A stretch of 64,000 bases of DNA, taken from positions 140,616,001 to 140,680,000 of the forward strand of contig NC_043000.1 of NCBI RefSeq assembly GCF_006345805.1, in the 5' to 3' direction. Each line of letters opens with the position of its first letter. The first letter of the stretch is position 1. Under the pieces are notes generated by a model. That model saw only the letters and a program-made list of their open reading frames with translations. It had not been told where the DNA came from and searched no databases. The stretch is from Octopus sinensis. Taxonomy: Eukaryota. Shown here one piece after another: positions 23,961-37,960 of this stretch. The position numbers and the translations under genes are program-made.

Positions 23961-26049
23961 AAGAGGGGAGATAGTATTTTATACACCATAAGCTTTGTCC
24001 TTTGTCTCAAATCATGATTTCCATATACTTGTTTGCTTAGATAAGTAGGGTTTACACCAACGCATTTTATACAGTGTTGAGTGCTGTATGAAGACATGCA
24101 TGGATTATGGAATTGTCCTCAATGCAACAGAAATAATCATTACAATCCATGTAATGCAGATTACAACATTATTTATGAAAACACTATCTTTCTTTAAGCC
24201 AATGCAGTCAGCAAATACACAAATATATACAGCACTTATCAGTCCTTCTGTCTACCATGCTGTGTTTAGTTTGTGATATTGGCAACTGAGTGTCCAGTTA
24301 GGGCAGTAATATTGTTGGTCAAGCTAGAATAAAATGAGATAATAATATTATATACAATCAAATAATATTTCTTAGTAAAAGACTTTCAGTAAGATGAAAA
24401 TGATAAAGAGAGAGATAAAAGAAGGAAATTTAGTAAGAATCAGAGAGGGAGAGTAAGAGAGAGTAAGGGGTTTAAACAAGAGAATGCTAGAGATAGAAAG
24501 TAAAATTGATTAAGGAGAATTAGAAGAGGATGTAACATATAATAAGATATCAACAATTTATAAAATCCCATTTTCTTACAACAACCACCACCATCAAACC
24601 AACTTCATCACCACCACCACCATCAAACAAACTTCAGCACCACCACCACCACTACCACCCTGGGGCTCTTCAGAAAGCAATGGTAATATATTGGTACACC
24701 AATAGATCCTAAATTTGTTCTTGGAAAAATTCAATAAAAGCATTCTCCCACCTCTCATAAATCTGAGTTATATATGTATGCTATTTTAGTTTGATCCACT
24801 ACACTGCAAAAAAGTCATTGAATGACTGCTAAAGAAGGTGAGTTTTACTAGGAAAGTTTAGTGGTGGCGGTGGTGTTGAGACAGATAGACGTAAAATAAA
24901 TAAATGATATAAAAACCACAAAATGAAACAATGAAAATAACAGACAGCCAAAACCTCATAAAATGTGTTGAATTGCTTTCTATAATGGCTTGCAATTGTC
25001 TGCATTTGAGTAGGTAATCTAGTTGAATGTCTATGCTCAAGGAACAACTGTTGTTACCAATTTCATATTATCTATCTCCCTTCTCAACCAGAAGTAGACA
25101 TTTTAGTTTTGGTTTTGTACATCAATTCATATTTCTCTTTCCAATTTTACAGCCAATTGTCAAATAACGATCTCCCTCTCCTCTCTCTCTCACTCTCTCT
25201 CTCACTCTCTCTCTCTCTCTCTCCTTTTCATTTTTTCATTAGTATTTCTTTTATGTTTTTATCCTACATATCTATGGTTTTTAGCCTCATCCTTTCTTCC
25301 TCTTTCTATTCAGTAATTTTTTTGAATGACATTTTGCAAACATGAAAATTCACTAGAGATATTTTTTCGCCCCATTTCTCATATAGAAATCTACATGAGA
25401 ATTACCAAATATAAAATCCCAATATATAACTTTACTCTGAAGACAAAACCCAATTGAGCTGAAAGCATTTTATTGTAGATGGTTTGGAGAAGATTTTCTG
25501 ACCAGCTCTTTTCAAGAACTAAAAAAAAACAAAAAAAAACAACAAGGAATGAAAAACAAATCTGTTAATAGAATCAGGGCTAGTATCAAGTTATGATGAT
25601 TTGTATACTTATTTAAATTATCCCCATTATAATTTCCTACCTAACATTGTACAAGCTAGGCTATTAAAATGAGATGACTTGATGACAGTTATGTATTTTA
25701 TAGGAAAAACTTGAAGCACTTGATATTCTCTGACAAGAGAAAAAAAAAAAGAAAAAAAAAGAAGGAAAGAATGAAGAAAATTGAAAAAAAAAAAAAATCA
25801 GAAGAAATGGGAACGGAAAGAGGCAGTATAAGACAGAAAGATGTTAGAGCTGTAAAAGTTACCACTTTTTCAAAACAAATTTATTATTCTACTGAATTGA
25901 GCTTATATCAGGAAGTTTTATCATAAGATTGTGTACTCTGTTTATGACAATAATACACTTTGCTCAGCATGTATGTGTCTTTATATAGATATCATGGTGT
26001 CTCTCACCATAAAATGGCTGTGCAGCTGACTAGTGACTTGTTACCAAGT

Positions 26050-26434
26050 GTGGAGGCGCAATGGCCCAGTGGTTAGGGCAGTGGACTCGCGGTTGTAGGA
26101 TCGCGGTTTTGATTCCCAGACTGGGCATTGTGAGTGTTTATTGAGCGAAAACAACCTAAAGCTCTACGAAGCTCCAGCAGGGGATGGTGGTGATCCCTGC
26201 TGTACTCTTTCACCACAACTTTCTCTCACTCTTACTTCCTGTTTCTGTTGTACCTGTATTTCAAAGGGCCGGCCTTGTCACTCTCTGTGTCACGCTGAAT
26301 ATCCCCGAGAACTACGTTAAGGGTACACGTGTCTGTGGAGTGCTCAGCCACTTACATGTTAATCTCATGAGCAGGCTGTTCCGTTGATTCGGATCAGCCG
26401 GAACCCTCGTCGTCGTAACCGGCGGAGTGCTTCC
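26050..26434 (+). mobile_element. Family D tRNA(Arg)-like SINE (~385 bp)
   Basis: A-box TGGCCCAGTGGTTAGG, TCG in the anticodon-like loop, B-box-like GGTTTTGATTCCC; copies at 32650 and 62232. Confidence 0.9.
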
Positions 26435-26705
26435 ATTAGTTCCAAGTAATGAGTTTGAAACTTTCTTTGGGCCTCGAATAAGTAACAAAGAACTGTTCTA
26501 GTGAGAACTCTTCTTGTGAGATATTCAATTCAGTATTAGGCAGTAACATGATCATGTGGTTAAGAAGTTCAAATGTTCTGTTTGCTAACATGTGGCTCTG
26601 CATTTCCTCCATGAGACAAATGTCTTCCGTCATAGCATTGAGTAGATTCAAACTTTGTGTGTGATATTTTACATAGAGAAATTGTATACAAACCTGTCAG
26701 ATGAA

Positions 26706-27200
26706 TTAAAATAATAATAATGAAATTATTGTATACAGTGCTCAGGTGCACCAAAACTTGTCAGAAAGTGCATATAGAGTATATGCAGTAATGTACAAAT
26801 GTCTGGAAAGCGAACAATGTATGAGTCAGATACATACTTGTGTGTGTATGGAGGGGAGAAAATTAGGTGTAGTGTTGGCGAATCTCAGGAAGCATGGAAG
26901 TTTTGAAGGATGCAGTGCTCCGACAACTAACAACTGATGCCGGCAGTTTGTTCCATGCTTCAGCAACTCTCAGCATGAAAAAATGTTTCCTAAAGTCATG
27001 GGAGCTGTGCTGTTTTCTGACTTTGTAAATATGTCCACGGGTGTTAGACGGGTGGAGTTTGAAAAGGTACTCAGAGTTATTGTTTGCAAGATGGTTGATA
27101 ATTTTATGGGTGTCTGCCAAGTCAGCTGCCAGACGTCGGAGTTTCAATGTGTCCATGCCCAGGGAAGTAAGGCGTTGTTTTCATTTGTTAAAACTAGACT
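26706..27200 (-). mobile_element. CR1-group LINE 3' end with 3' UTR and (ATT)n tail
   Basis: TLKLRRL...TRGHIYKVRK...RKHFFMLRVAEAWNKLPASVV...FK, typical CR1/L2-group C-terminus. Confidence 0.85.
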
Positions 27201-27690
27201 TAATCTGACCCTAGATTAACACCACTAACTGGTTATTGGGAGTATTAAGTGGAGTTTAGGATATTGTAAACATGTAGACTGGTTGTTTGATCTAAGGATA
27301 TCAAGACCTTCTCTTTCTCCCACAAAACTCAGAATCCCTGAAAAAGTCTAGGGATGCAAACTGATGAAACATAAAATGAGAGATCACAGATGTTCAAGTG
27401 TTTATTCTAATCAAATCAGCCCTGTTTGCTTAGATCCATGATCAAAGACATTCCAGTTCTGGCCAGTGCGCCTTATCTAAAAGAACATGATCCAAAGCAC
27501 CTTACTTTTGTAAGATGTTACATTGTAATAAGGGATTTTAACTGCTATTTCTGGCCTAGAGTCCATACATACCAGTGAGGGAATGTCTATGAAGTTACTT
27601 GGCACACTAGATATAGCAGTTAAATTAATATTTAGATTACATATTACTGTGTTAAAATGAAAACACTGCATTGGGCAATATAAATAAAAT

Positions 27691-27928
27691 AAATGCGCCC
27701 TTTTAAAGCCTAGCCAGGCTCATGGGCCCGGTTTCCTGGTTTCTATGGCATGTGTGTTCTGCAGCTGGATGGGACGCCAGTCCATTGCAGTGTTACTCAT
27801 TTTTGCCATCTGAGTGGACTGGAGCAACGCGAAATGAAGAACACAGCGCGTTGCCCGGTCCTGGAATTGAAACCACATTCTTAGGATCATGATGCTGACA
27901 CTCTAACCACTAAGCCACATGCCTCCAC
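27691..27928 (-). mobile_element. Family F tRNA-derived SINE with CORE-like middle
   Basis: TGGCTTAGTGGTTAGAG, GGTTTCAATTCC, TTGCTCCAGTCCACTCAGATGGCAAAAATGAGT. Confidence 0.8.
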
Positions 27929-28829
27929 AATATAGTCCTGTATATTTAAAAGTTGACAGATGAGGGTTGAGATGAGATAAGCAATAACTTCTCTAGTATT
28001 CTTTAGTCTACAAAGTAGCTGTTCCTTTCACTTTCAGTTCAATTTTTACACATGTCCATCAGTAAAAAGCATAATCGACAGACCATTTGATTATAGCTGT
28101 TTCTATAAACTAGTTAAGGAAGACAGAAGGTGAATAAATAGCATTGCCATCATCAGTACCACCACCACCCCCTCTCTCACCTCCCTTGATGAAATTAACA
28201 TCATGATTCCTTCACAGTTCCACTACCTATATTTTCTTTCATTATCTTCGTCATTGTCTTTCATCTCCTCCCACACTCTGTTCACCCACTTCACCTCTGC
28301 TATTATCATTATCAATTAATATCTGATTAATTCAAGTTAGCTTATTTGCTTCAATACTTTTAAAAAAATATAAAATATAACCACCATATTTTTTTTCAAA
28401 ATAAAATTCTATTAGAGGAAAAAAATGCAAATACAAAACACAAAGAAATACAAAAATATATTAAAAACATCGAAAACAAAAGCAACCGTCATATCAAACA
28501 CAAGAGAGCAAAAACAAAAAAATCTCTATCCTCTATACATCACCATAACAACCTTATCATATCTGAAAGTCTGGCGCTTAACTGATTGTAGTTGCCAACT
28601 GCTAAAATTATCCAAACTTACCATTCTTAATAGGCTTGCAGACTAATTAAAATGTAATGATAACCTGCATGCAACAAAAGAGGAATTTCTTCCTTTGTCT
28701 TAAAAGAAAAAATTGTTTTTTTTTTGTTTTGAATGTCTGTATGTGAAGGGAAGGGGGGGGGGATTTTTTTTTTTGTTTTAACATTTTTCAAACTCAGATT
28801 ATTTCAAATAAATAAACAGCAATGAAATT

Positions 28830-29065
28830 CTATGCACACACACACTCACATATACACATGCGTGCACACACACAAGTACATACACACACACATTCATGCA
28901 TAAGTATATATGTATGTATACATCTATACACACACACACACTCACGCATCACAAACACACACACACACGCATCACACACACACACACACACACACACACA
29001 TGAATCAAAAACACACACACGTGCATCACACAAACACATACACACACACACACATGTATATACAC
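28830..29065. repeat. Compound (CA)n microsatellite
   Basis: Directly visible. Confidence 0.95.
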
Positions 29066-30121
29066 TACAATATATAGCAGCAAACAAAAACATAAAAAGA
29101 AAAAAAAAGAAGGGAAATTATAATATAAATATCAAAAATGGGATAATCTTTTGAATTGGATGTTTCATGTTAGCTGTTGTGTTTCTTCCTTCTGATTGTT
29201 GTTCTTGATCTGGACACTGTTATGTTTGTTATTGCCGCTGTTGCAGCTATTGCTTTTTTTGTTGTTGTTTCTGTTGAGGTTTTAAGACTGCCAATAGCAT
29301 TTGCATTCTTAGTAGAATAATTACAGAGCTAATGAATACGATAATTAGTTCCTAGCTTTGGATATTGTCACTTCAGTCTTGGAGACTAGTTTGCCGATCA
29401 GAGACAGCAGTCACTATGTCTGCCTTTGCTATATCTCTACAGATAAGCCGAGAGGCTTATAGGAAGCAAAAAGGAAAAATTAAACAAAGAAATATGCTGT
29501 TCAGCATATTGGAGAAACATTAAAACTAATACTTCATACATTGATAATGATCATAGAGTGACAAGGAGTAAAAATATTAAACATAACAAAGAATGAATGG
29601 GAGAAAGAATAAAAGAAACGAGGGAGGGGGTAAAGAGGGGAAACTCCCCTTTATGAAATGAAACATTTCAAAAACATGCTTCATGTACAGACATATGCTT
29701 AGGAACATACACACGACTGGCTCCCTCATGATCAAAAGTTAAGTGTGAAGGGATGTTTTATTTCTGACAGTTTAAATTGTATAGTTATTTTATGTTGGTA
29801 TTTCCTATCAATCATGTGACCTCTTTTATATTTTCCCCCCTCTCTCTCTCTCTCTCTACCTTCCTACCTAACAACCTTCTAGTCTCACATTATCCACCCA
29901 CCGAACAAACCAGCCAGCCAGCTTTCTTCCATTGTCCTTCAGTTTATATAACATCCCTCTCTCACTCTCTCTCACTCTTACAATACTGCTATATATTTTA
30001 TTCATTTATTGTCTTTACATATCTTCCATTCTATCCCTCCTTTTTTCCTTTTTATCTCTCTCCGCACATACATACACTATGTATTTATGCCTATATGTTT
30101 TGTATATAATATACATCATAT

Positions 30122-30310
30122 CAGGACAATTACCCACCACCACGAGGAAATTACCCCACCAAAGAAAATTCCCCCTGATGACAACTACCTCCTAGGACAA
30201 TTACCTCCCTTGGTTAAATGCTCCCCTTCTCTCATATATTAAGAAATTTTAAATCATCATCTGGTGTCCTCAGGGGTAATTATCCTTGGTGGGGTTATAT
30301 CCCTGCATCT
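30122..30310. mobile_element. MITE/foldback-like remnant with subterminal repeats
   Basis: Repeated GGACAATTACC on the left; inverted GGGGTAATTATCC on the right. Confidence 0.45.
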
Positions 30311-30319
30311 TGTAGGGAG

Positions 30320-30440
30320 CGATTAAAAGGTTGGCATCAAGAAAGACATCCAGCTGCAAAACACTGCCTCAAAATGTTCTTTCCAACCCATTCCACCATA
30401 GAGAAAGGGATAAAAATGTGATGATGATGATGATGAAGAT
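30320..30440 (+). mobile_element. Family C fragment, diverged
   Basis: GGTTGGCATCAAGAAAGACATCCAGCTG and (GAT)n tail. Confidence 0.7.
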
Positions 30441-30455
30441 GGTGACAACAATGAA

Positions 30456-30838
30456 TGTGTGGTAAGTAGCTTGCTTACCAGCCACATGGTTCTGGGTTCA
30501 GTCACACTGTGTGACATTTTGGGCAAGTGTCTTCTACTATAGCCTCGGGCCGACCAAAGCCTTATGAGTGGATTTGGTAGAGGAAACTGAAAGAAGCCCA
30601 TTGTATATATGTATATATATATGTCTGTGTGTGTGTTTGTGTGTCTGTGTTTGTCCCACCAACATCGCTTGACAACAGATGCTGGAGTGTTTATGCCCCC
30701 GTAACTTAACAGTTCGGCAAAAGAAACCGGTAGAATAAGTACTAGGCTTACAAATAAAAAATCCTGGGGTCAGTTTGCTCGACTAAAGGCGGTGCTCCAG
30801 CATGGCTGCAGTCAAATGACTGAAACAAGTAAAAGAGT
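30456..30838 (+). mobile_element. Family A SINE
   Basis: Slightly 5'-truncated head through to tail. Confidence 0.9.
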
Positions 30839-30849
30839 ATATCTTCTGT

Positions 30850-31220
30850 TTTTTACATGTTTCAGTTATTAGACTGTGGTCATGCTGTGCACTGCCATAA
30901 GGAATTTTAGTCAAACAACTTGGCCCTAGTAAGACCGGTACTTATTAGTATTGATCACTTGCACTGAACTGTTAGGTTATAGAATTTAACCACACCAACA
31001 CTTATTGACAAGTGGTGTTGGTGTGTTTATGTCCCCATAACTTAGTGGGACATACACAGATACAAACACACACAGCCCCACCCAAACATGCACACATACA
31101 AAAGGCTTCTTTCAGTTTCCATCTACAATATCTACTTACAAGGCTTTGATAAGCCTGAGGCTATAGTAGAGAACACTTGCCCAAGATGCCACAGAGTGGA
31201 ACTGAACTTGGAACCATGTA
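30850..31220 (-). mobile_element. Family A SINE, old and diverged
   Basis: Alignable in reverse; tail-to-tail with the preceding copy. Confidence 0.75.
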
Positions 31221-31239
31221 CCTATAATATAATATATGT

Positions 31240-31513
31240 TTCTTTATTACCTACAAGGGGCTAAACATAGAGGGGACAAACAAGGACAGACAAACGGATT
31301 TACTCATTTTACTCTTTTACTTGTTTCAGTCATTTGACTGCAGCCATGCTGGAGCACCGCCTTTAGTCAAGCAAATCAACCCCGGGACTTATGCTTTGTA
31401 AGCCCAGTACTTATTCTATCGGTCTCTTTTTGCCGAACCGCTAAGTGACGGGGACGTAAACACACCAGCATCGGTTGTCAAGCAATGCTAGGGGGACAAA
31501 CACATAGACACAA

Positions 31514-31562
<49 letters not shown>

Positions 31563-31902
31563 TACGACAGGCTTCTTTCAGTTTCCGTCTACCAAATCCA
31601 CTCACAAGGCATTGGTCGGCCCGGGGCTATAGCAGAAGACAGTTGCCCAAGATGCCACGCAGTGGGACTGAACCCGGAACCATGTGGCTGGTTAGCAAGC
31701 TACTTACCACACAGCCACTCCTGTGCCTGATTAAGTCGATTACATCGACCCCAGTACGTAACTGGTACTTAGTTTATCGACCCCGAAAGGATGAAAGGCA
31801 AAGTCGACCTCGGCAGAATTTGAACTCAGAACGTAGAGGCAGACAAAATACAACTACGCATTTCGCCCGGTGTGCTAACGTTTCTGCCAGCTCGCCGCCT
31901 TA
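31240..31902 (-). mobile_element. Family B SINE split by a family A insertion
   Basis: B sequence stops at ...CAAACGGATT (31300) and resumes GATTAAGTCG (31729). Confidence 0.9.
31301..31728 (-). mobile_element. Family A SINE nested in family B
   Basis: Full length; GATT duplicated at the flanks. Confidence 0.9.
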
Positions 31903-32649
31903 CCTGTACCTATAATATAATATATCTACACACACTTTTATATATATTTACTTTACCTCTCCATCTATCTCACTTTACCTCTTTCAAGTATCTCCTCTCA
32001 ATGCAATATTTCTCTCTCTCTCTGTCTAAATATCTTTACTTTCTCTGTTACTGCTTCTTTCATATCTTGTTTACTTACTCTAGTTTTATTATGAAAATCA
32101 AAAATTATGATAAATTATTTCCAATATATAACAGAGTGTAGTTAGAATGAATTAATTTCTGTTTCGTTTACTCCATAATTTTGTTTTCTTTTAATTTAAA
32201 TTTTCATGATTTTTAGTTTTGAGCATCCCATTGGAAGCTAAAGAGACATGGAGACAGGAAGCCGACTAAAAATTAAGTTGATTATATTAATTAATAAAGA
32301 AATGTGAAATAATAAACAAAAGATTTAATATAAATCGGTAAAAAATAATATTTTAACATGTAATTAAAATCTTTTAATTTCATAAATATTACTATGCAAA
32401 TTCCACATTCTGTTTCTCACCACCACGACCACCACCAGTGCATATGTACATATATACAAATATTAATCTGTAAGTAAATATATAACGACAAACAAACATT
32501 TTTTTACTTTAATTGAGGAACTAATTATTGCAGCTGTTATTGCAATAGTGTTATTAATGAAAGAAATATCTGCATGTATTTCTTAATTTCATGCATGCAT
32601 GAATACAGGTATATGAATCTGTATAATACTGCTACTGCTACTACCGGAT

Positions 32650-33022
32650 GGAAGCACTCCGTCGGTTACGACGACGAGGATTCCGGTTGATCCGATCAAC
32701 GGAACAGCCTGCTCGTGAAATTAACGTGTAAGTGGCTGAGCACTCCACAGACACGTGTACCCTTAACGTAGTTCTCGGGGGATATTCAGCGTGACACAGA
32801 GAGTGACAAGGCCAGCCCTTTGAAATACAGGTACAACAGAAACAGGAAGTAAGAGTGAGAGAAAGTTGTGGTGAAAGAGTACAGCAAGGATCCCCACCAT
32901 CCCTGCCGGAGACTCGTGGAGCTTTAGGTTGTTTTCGCTCAATAAACACTCACAATGCCCGGTCTGGGAATTGAAACCGCGATCCTACGACTGCTGCCCT
33001 AACCACTGGGCCATTGCACCCC
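32650..33022 (-). mobile_element. Family D SINE
   Basis: Reverse complement of 26050-26434. Confidence 0.9.
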
Positions 33023-34342
33023 CACTGCTACTACTACTGCTGCAACTGCTACTACTATTACTACTGCTGCTGCTGCTGTTAGTCACCCCAATTTCACCAC
33101 CATCACCATCATCGTCACAATGATCATCGTCCTCACCACCATTACCATCATCGTTTTATATTTGTTTTCCACGGTGGCATGAGTTAGAGGCGTCCTCATA
33201 GCCCAAGTCAGTTCCTAATGAGTAGCGTTGCTTCAATAGACAGGGCTTAGAACCATGTCTTGCAAATATTTTACATTTTTACTTGATATGAAGTATGTCC
33301 AGCTATGTCTGGACATCCTTCATATCGCCAACTCCTTTGCAGAGTGCATTGACAGTATTTCATAATAGTTCCTCATGCAATGACATTGAGATACATGATT
33401 AAAGGGTCATCTCAGCTGAACACTTTCTCTTCTCGTTCACCAAAATTTTTTTTAATGTATTGGGTGCATTTCATCATGGTACCAGCATAGGAGGGATTAC
33501 ATAAGGAGACCTTGCTACTCCAAGGGTTGTACAACGTCTGTTTATCTGTATGTCTCTATCTATATGTCTGTCCCTCTCCCTCTCTCTTTCTCTTTCTATC
33601 TATCTATCTATTTTTCTGATACACGATCTCTTTTAACCACCTTTTCTTTTTCTTCTTATCCCTTTTGATCGAAATTTTACATTTGTTTCCTTTTTTTATC
33701 CTTTTTCTTTTTCCACCTTCGAAAAGAAAAGCTCTACATTTTTATTTGTCCCCACTGTGTTCAGCCTTGTGTGGCCAATAAAAAAAGTTATCTATCTGTC
33801 TGTCTATCTATATTTACCTATCTATATATTTATATATCTCTCTTTTATCTATTTATCCATCTATCCATCAAATTATATATCTATCTGTCTACTTGTCTTC
33901 CTGCCAGTATGTTGGTGTGTATGTTTGTATAAATACATACATACATGCAAGCCTACACCTATACATACATAATAATATATTTCCAGGAGTGACAAGTTTA
34001 TAGGAATATTGCCAGAACACTTACAATAAAGTATTCAAAATGATATGCCTAATTGTCAATACATTCAACAAAAAATATTTATTGTTTCACCCATGAGATT
34101 CTTCAGGAACAACCAGCAGTTTTGGATTTTGCTAGTTTTATAGAATCAATGCAAAAAAGAAAAGATTACATTCATCCCCTAACCAATTCCTATAGTTGTC
34201 ACCTACTCTTCCCTCACTTCGCTATTGATTATCCTTTCAAAACTTGTCCTTCATTCCATATGTTCATGCCCTTGTTAATTCCTCATCTCTCACTCTCTCA
34301 TACACGTTTGTAATCTCTACCTGCCTATGCACCCAGTTCTCA

Positions 34343-34573
34343 TTTCTTTACTGCCCACAAGGGGCTACACACAGAAGGGACAAACAAAGACAGACAAACG
34401 GATTAAATTGATTGTATCAACCCCTGTGCATAACTGGTACTTAATTTATCGATCCTGAAAGGATGAAAGACAAAGTCGACCTCGGTGGAATTTGAACTCA
34501 GAACATAACGGCAGACGAGATACCGCTAAGCATTTTGCCTGGTGTGCTGACATTTCTGCCAGCTTGCCACCTA
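34343..34573 (-). mobile_element. Family B SINE
   Basis: Alignable over full length. Confidence 0.85.
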
Positions 34574-35658
34574 TGCACACAGTTCTGTCCTCATTCACTT
34601 CCACTTATATCATATTTTGAGGGTTCATGCCGATGCCTCACCACTACTATCTTAATTTCTTCTCTACTCCACCCTGATTACTCTCATCGTCTCTTCCAAA
34701 ATGTAACCACATAACTCCTCTGCAACAAGAATCCTTTCCTACTGTGGTTCTTACTCCCATACCTTGACCCTTCATCTCCTAGCTTAAAACCACCTCTTTC
34801 CTCCCCAGATGTGAGGTCTTGCAAGCTACACCATAACCTCACTAGTTTTGATGATGTAAAACAGGCACCCAATATACACATTTGTGTGCTTGGCATTAGG
34901 AGGGGCATTCAGCTGTAGAAACTACAATAGAGTAGACAATGGAGTTGGATGAAGTCCTTGAACATACTGGATTCTGTCAAACCATCTAGCCTATGACAGC
35001 ATGGAACTTGGACATTAGATGATGATGATGATGACGACAACAACGACGACGACGATGATGATGATGAATGAAAGGAAGCTATATTGGTAGATTTGTTCAG
35101 TAGATACAAAAAACTGTGGTAGAGATGGAGCTGTTGCACCAGGTAGTAAAGATGATGTTAAAAAGTTAATGGTAGGATCACAAATAGGTGATTATGCTGA
35201 TATATTGGGGTATATAATGTAAAAGATAACGAAGCTGGGTATTTCGATGACTGACAATTGGAATGTTTTTGATGTGTGAAATATCATGAAGGTGGGCTTA
35301 GTATCTGTGTGTATGGTGGTGGTGGTGGTGGTGGGGATGGTGAAGGTGGTGGAGATGGTGAAGGTGGTGGCTGAGGAGACGATGTTAATGAAGTTGGAAA
35401 CAGAAAATTGCTGTTGGGGAGGGGAAGCACTAGTAGCGATGGTGATGGTGTTGATGGTAATAGTAGTCCCGGGCAGGGGAAGGTGGATATGGTAGAAGTG
35501 GTGGTAAAGTGTGTGGTGGTTAAGGTAATAAAGAAATAAGAGATATGGAATTGGTGGTGATGATAACTAAGAAGGGGATGGGAAATTATGTCAAGGTGAG
35601 TGATGGTGATGGCTGTAGAGTTAAATGCTATAAAATGACCAGCGTCATCATTGATACT

Positions 35659-35777
35659 GATAGAATAAGTACTAGGCTTACAAAGGATAAGTCCTGAGGG
35701 TCGATTTGCTCGACTAAAGGCGGTGCTCCAGCATGGCCACAGCCAAATGACTGAAGCAAGTAAGAGAGTAAAAGAGT
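35659..35777 (+). mobile_element. Family A 3' fragment
   Basis: ATAGAATAAGTACTAGGC...GTAAAAGAG. Confidence 0.85.
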
Positions 35778-36248
35778 ATACCAGCATAGTCTTCTCTTTT
35801 GCACACTACATAAAATGCACCCTCATACCCAATGTTTCTCTTAATACGTTTGCATTTTGTTATTCATACATATTGACATTGAACATCCTGTGAAGCATGC
35901 TAGCTTAACTTCTTTCAAGTCTCTACATATATTATGCATTCAAAAGCTACATTTCTCTACCATGTAGCATTGCTGTTGGTATACAAGCGCCACATCATCT
36001 ACCTTTTACTCTGAACTTTTGTTATCGACAGAGTGAATAGCTCACTGAAGTTTCTCCAGCCAGATTATATTCAAGCAACTATACTTTCTTACATCCTACT
36101 TCATTCTTAATTAGATCACTTAGTTAACAGAAACTATATATAGTATATACTATAAACTTCTAAGGATGCTCTTTTGCATATGAGAAAACTCATTTCCCGT
36201 GTGTTCTTAGTTTTATTGCTCCAGTGCATCTGCCTCAAAGTCTCTATT

Positions 36249-36528
36249 ATCATCATCATCATCATCGTTTAGCGTCTGCTTTCCATGCTAGCATGGGTTG
36301 GACAGTTCTACTGGGGTCTGTGAAGCCAGAATGCTTCATCAGGCCCAGTCAAATCTGGCAGTGTTTCTACGGCTGGATGCCCTTCCTAACGCCAACCACT
36401 CCGTGAGTGTAGTGGGTGCTTTTTACGTGCCACCCGCACAGGTGCCAGACAGAGCTGGCAAACGGCCATGAACGGATGGTGCTTTTTATGTGCCACCGGC
36501 ACGAGGGCCAGGCGAGGCTGGCAACGGA
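36249..36528 (-). mobile_element. Family C variant
   Basis: Very similar to 52055-52250. Confidence 0.85.
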
Positions 36529-37436
36529 CACACATGCACACATTTATACACATACATACACACATATACAAACAAGCAGGTTCAAAAAGTATTTATCTAA
36601 ACACACATACAAAAAAAATACGTGCGCAGGTGTTTGTATTTACATACAAACACCTGCTCATATATAAGCACATGTCCAACCAAATATACATTTATACTAA
36701 TGGATAAAGGGGAAAATAGAAAAGAAGCAATTTAAAATAACTGGATGCAAATAAATGCATCAGTAATTTAAAAAGTAAGTAAATAGACATTAAAAAAGAT
36801 AATAACGAATAAATGGAAATAGAGAAATAAAACAAAGTGCGAATTAACTAATTAAGGACATGAAAAACAGTGAAGTATAAATAAATATATTTATTTATAC
36901 TTCGAGTGAATGTGTGTGTATATGGGAGGTTGGTATTTACCAACCTCCCACGTACACACACATTCACTCATATATTAAATGAAATAAACATGCATATATA
37001 TATTATAAGAACACACTTGAGTGTGCGTATATTCTTAGATGTACAGATAGATTGGACAGAAGGTAAGAAGCAGGAAAGTAAATATCGAAGGATGTAAGTG
37101 AAAGGCAATGCCATTGCCTAACGCTATAAATTAAATGAAACGATATTAAACTAAGTTCAGTACTAAAGACCTCTTGTGTGGGGTGTGGCAGACAATCATT
37201 ATGACGTGCAGAATGCTGTATAGGAAGCAGAGTGCATGTTGCTTTGGTAAGAGAAAGGTACACAAGAAAAAGTTTGTAATAATACGAATAATAATCCTTT
37301 CTATTATAGGCACAAGGCCTGAAATGTTGAGGGATAGGAAGAGTCAATTACATTGATACCAGTGCGTGACTGATACTTGATTCATCGATCCTGAAAGTTG
37401 ACCTCAGTGAAATTTGAACTCAGAACAGAAGGATGG

Positions 37437-37960
37437 CTCCCATGGCATTTGATCTTAACTGACTGGAAGTGTTATCATGTACATTGTTTTGTCTTGGTAT
37501 AAAACATGGGCTACAGCAGATATTCTACTCAGTACCAGATTTACTCATCAGTTGTTTGACCTTAACCAGTTGAGCATGTCCCTTAGTAGCTGTGCATCTC
37601 TGATTATGAGCAGGAATTGTTGGGGAGCATCATAGCTATGTGTTTAGAGGAATTCTTTGGGGTTTGAATAATTCACCTTGGGAAACATCGGTGTTTCATT
37701 CATCATCCTTAAACAAACCTTATTCAGGTACCTTTTGAGCAGGATGGGCTACTCAACCTAAAGAAAATTCTAACTGGGCCCCACCTGCAAAATCCTGTGT
37801 TGCTTACCTTGATATCAAATCACCATGTCACACAGCATGGTTGTAATGCATGTGCCTGGGGTACCCTTATCAATGGCTTTATTGGGTGTCATATATTTGT
37901 ATCCCAGTGTCACTTTGATGGCATGCACTACTCTCTCACTCAATAATAATAATAATAATA
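37437..37960 (+). mobile_element. Family G unclassified retroposon-like segment with (AAT)n tail
   Basis: GC-richer block following a B fragment and ending in (AAT)n; single copy here. Confidence 0.45.

Noticed and set aside
21349-24837. Plus-strand exon-like segments (about 21349-21487, 22091-22145, 24790-24837)
   Set aside because: Stops or weak sites and no consistent phase chain; expected by chance at this length
26050-26125. SINE heads as genuine tRNA genes (families A, D, E, F)
   Set aside because: A/B boxes are present, but acceptor stems are not formed and each runs into a SINE body
27355-27410. CTGATGA-AACAT...ATGTT hairpin
   Set aside because: GAAA and stem I pairing absent
36325-36345. 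CTGATGA plus AGCC/GGCT-type hairpin on the minus strand in family C variants (also ~52140)
   Set aside because: No GAAA or cleavage triplet follows; not a hammerhead
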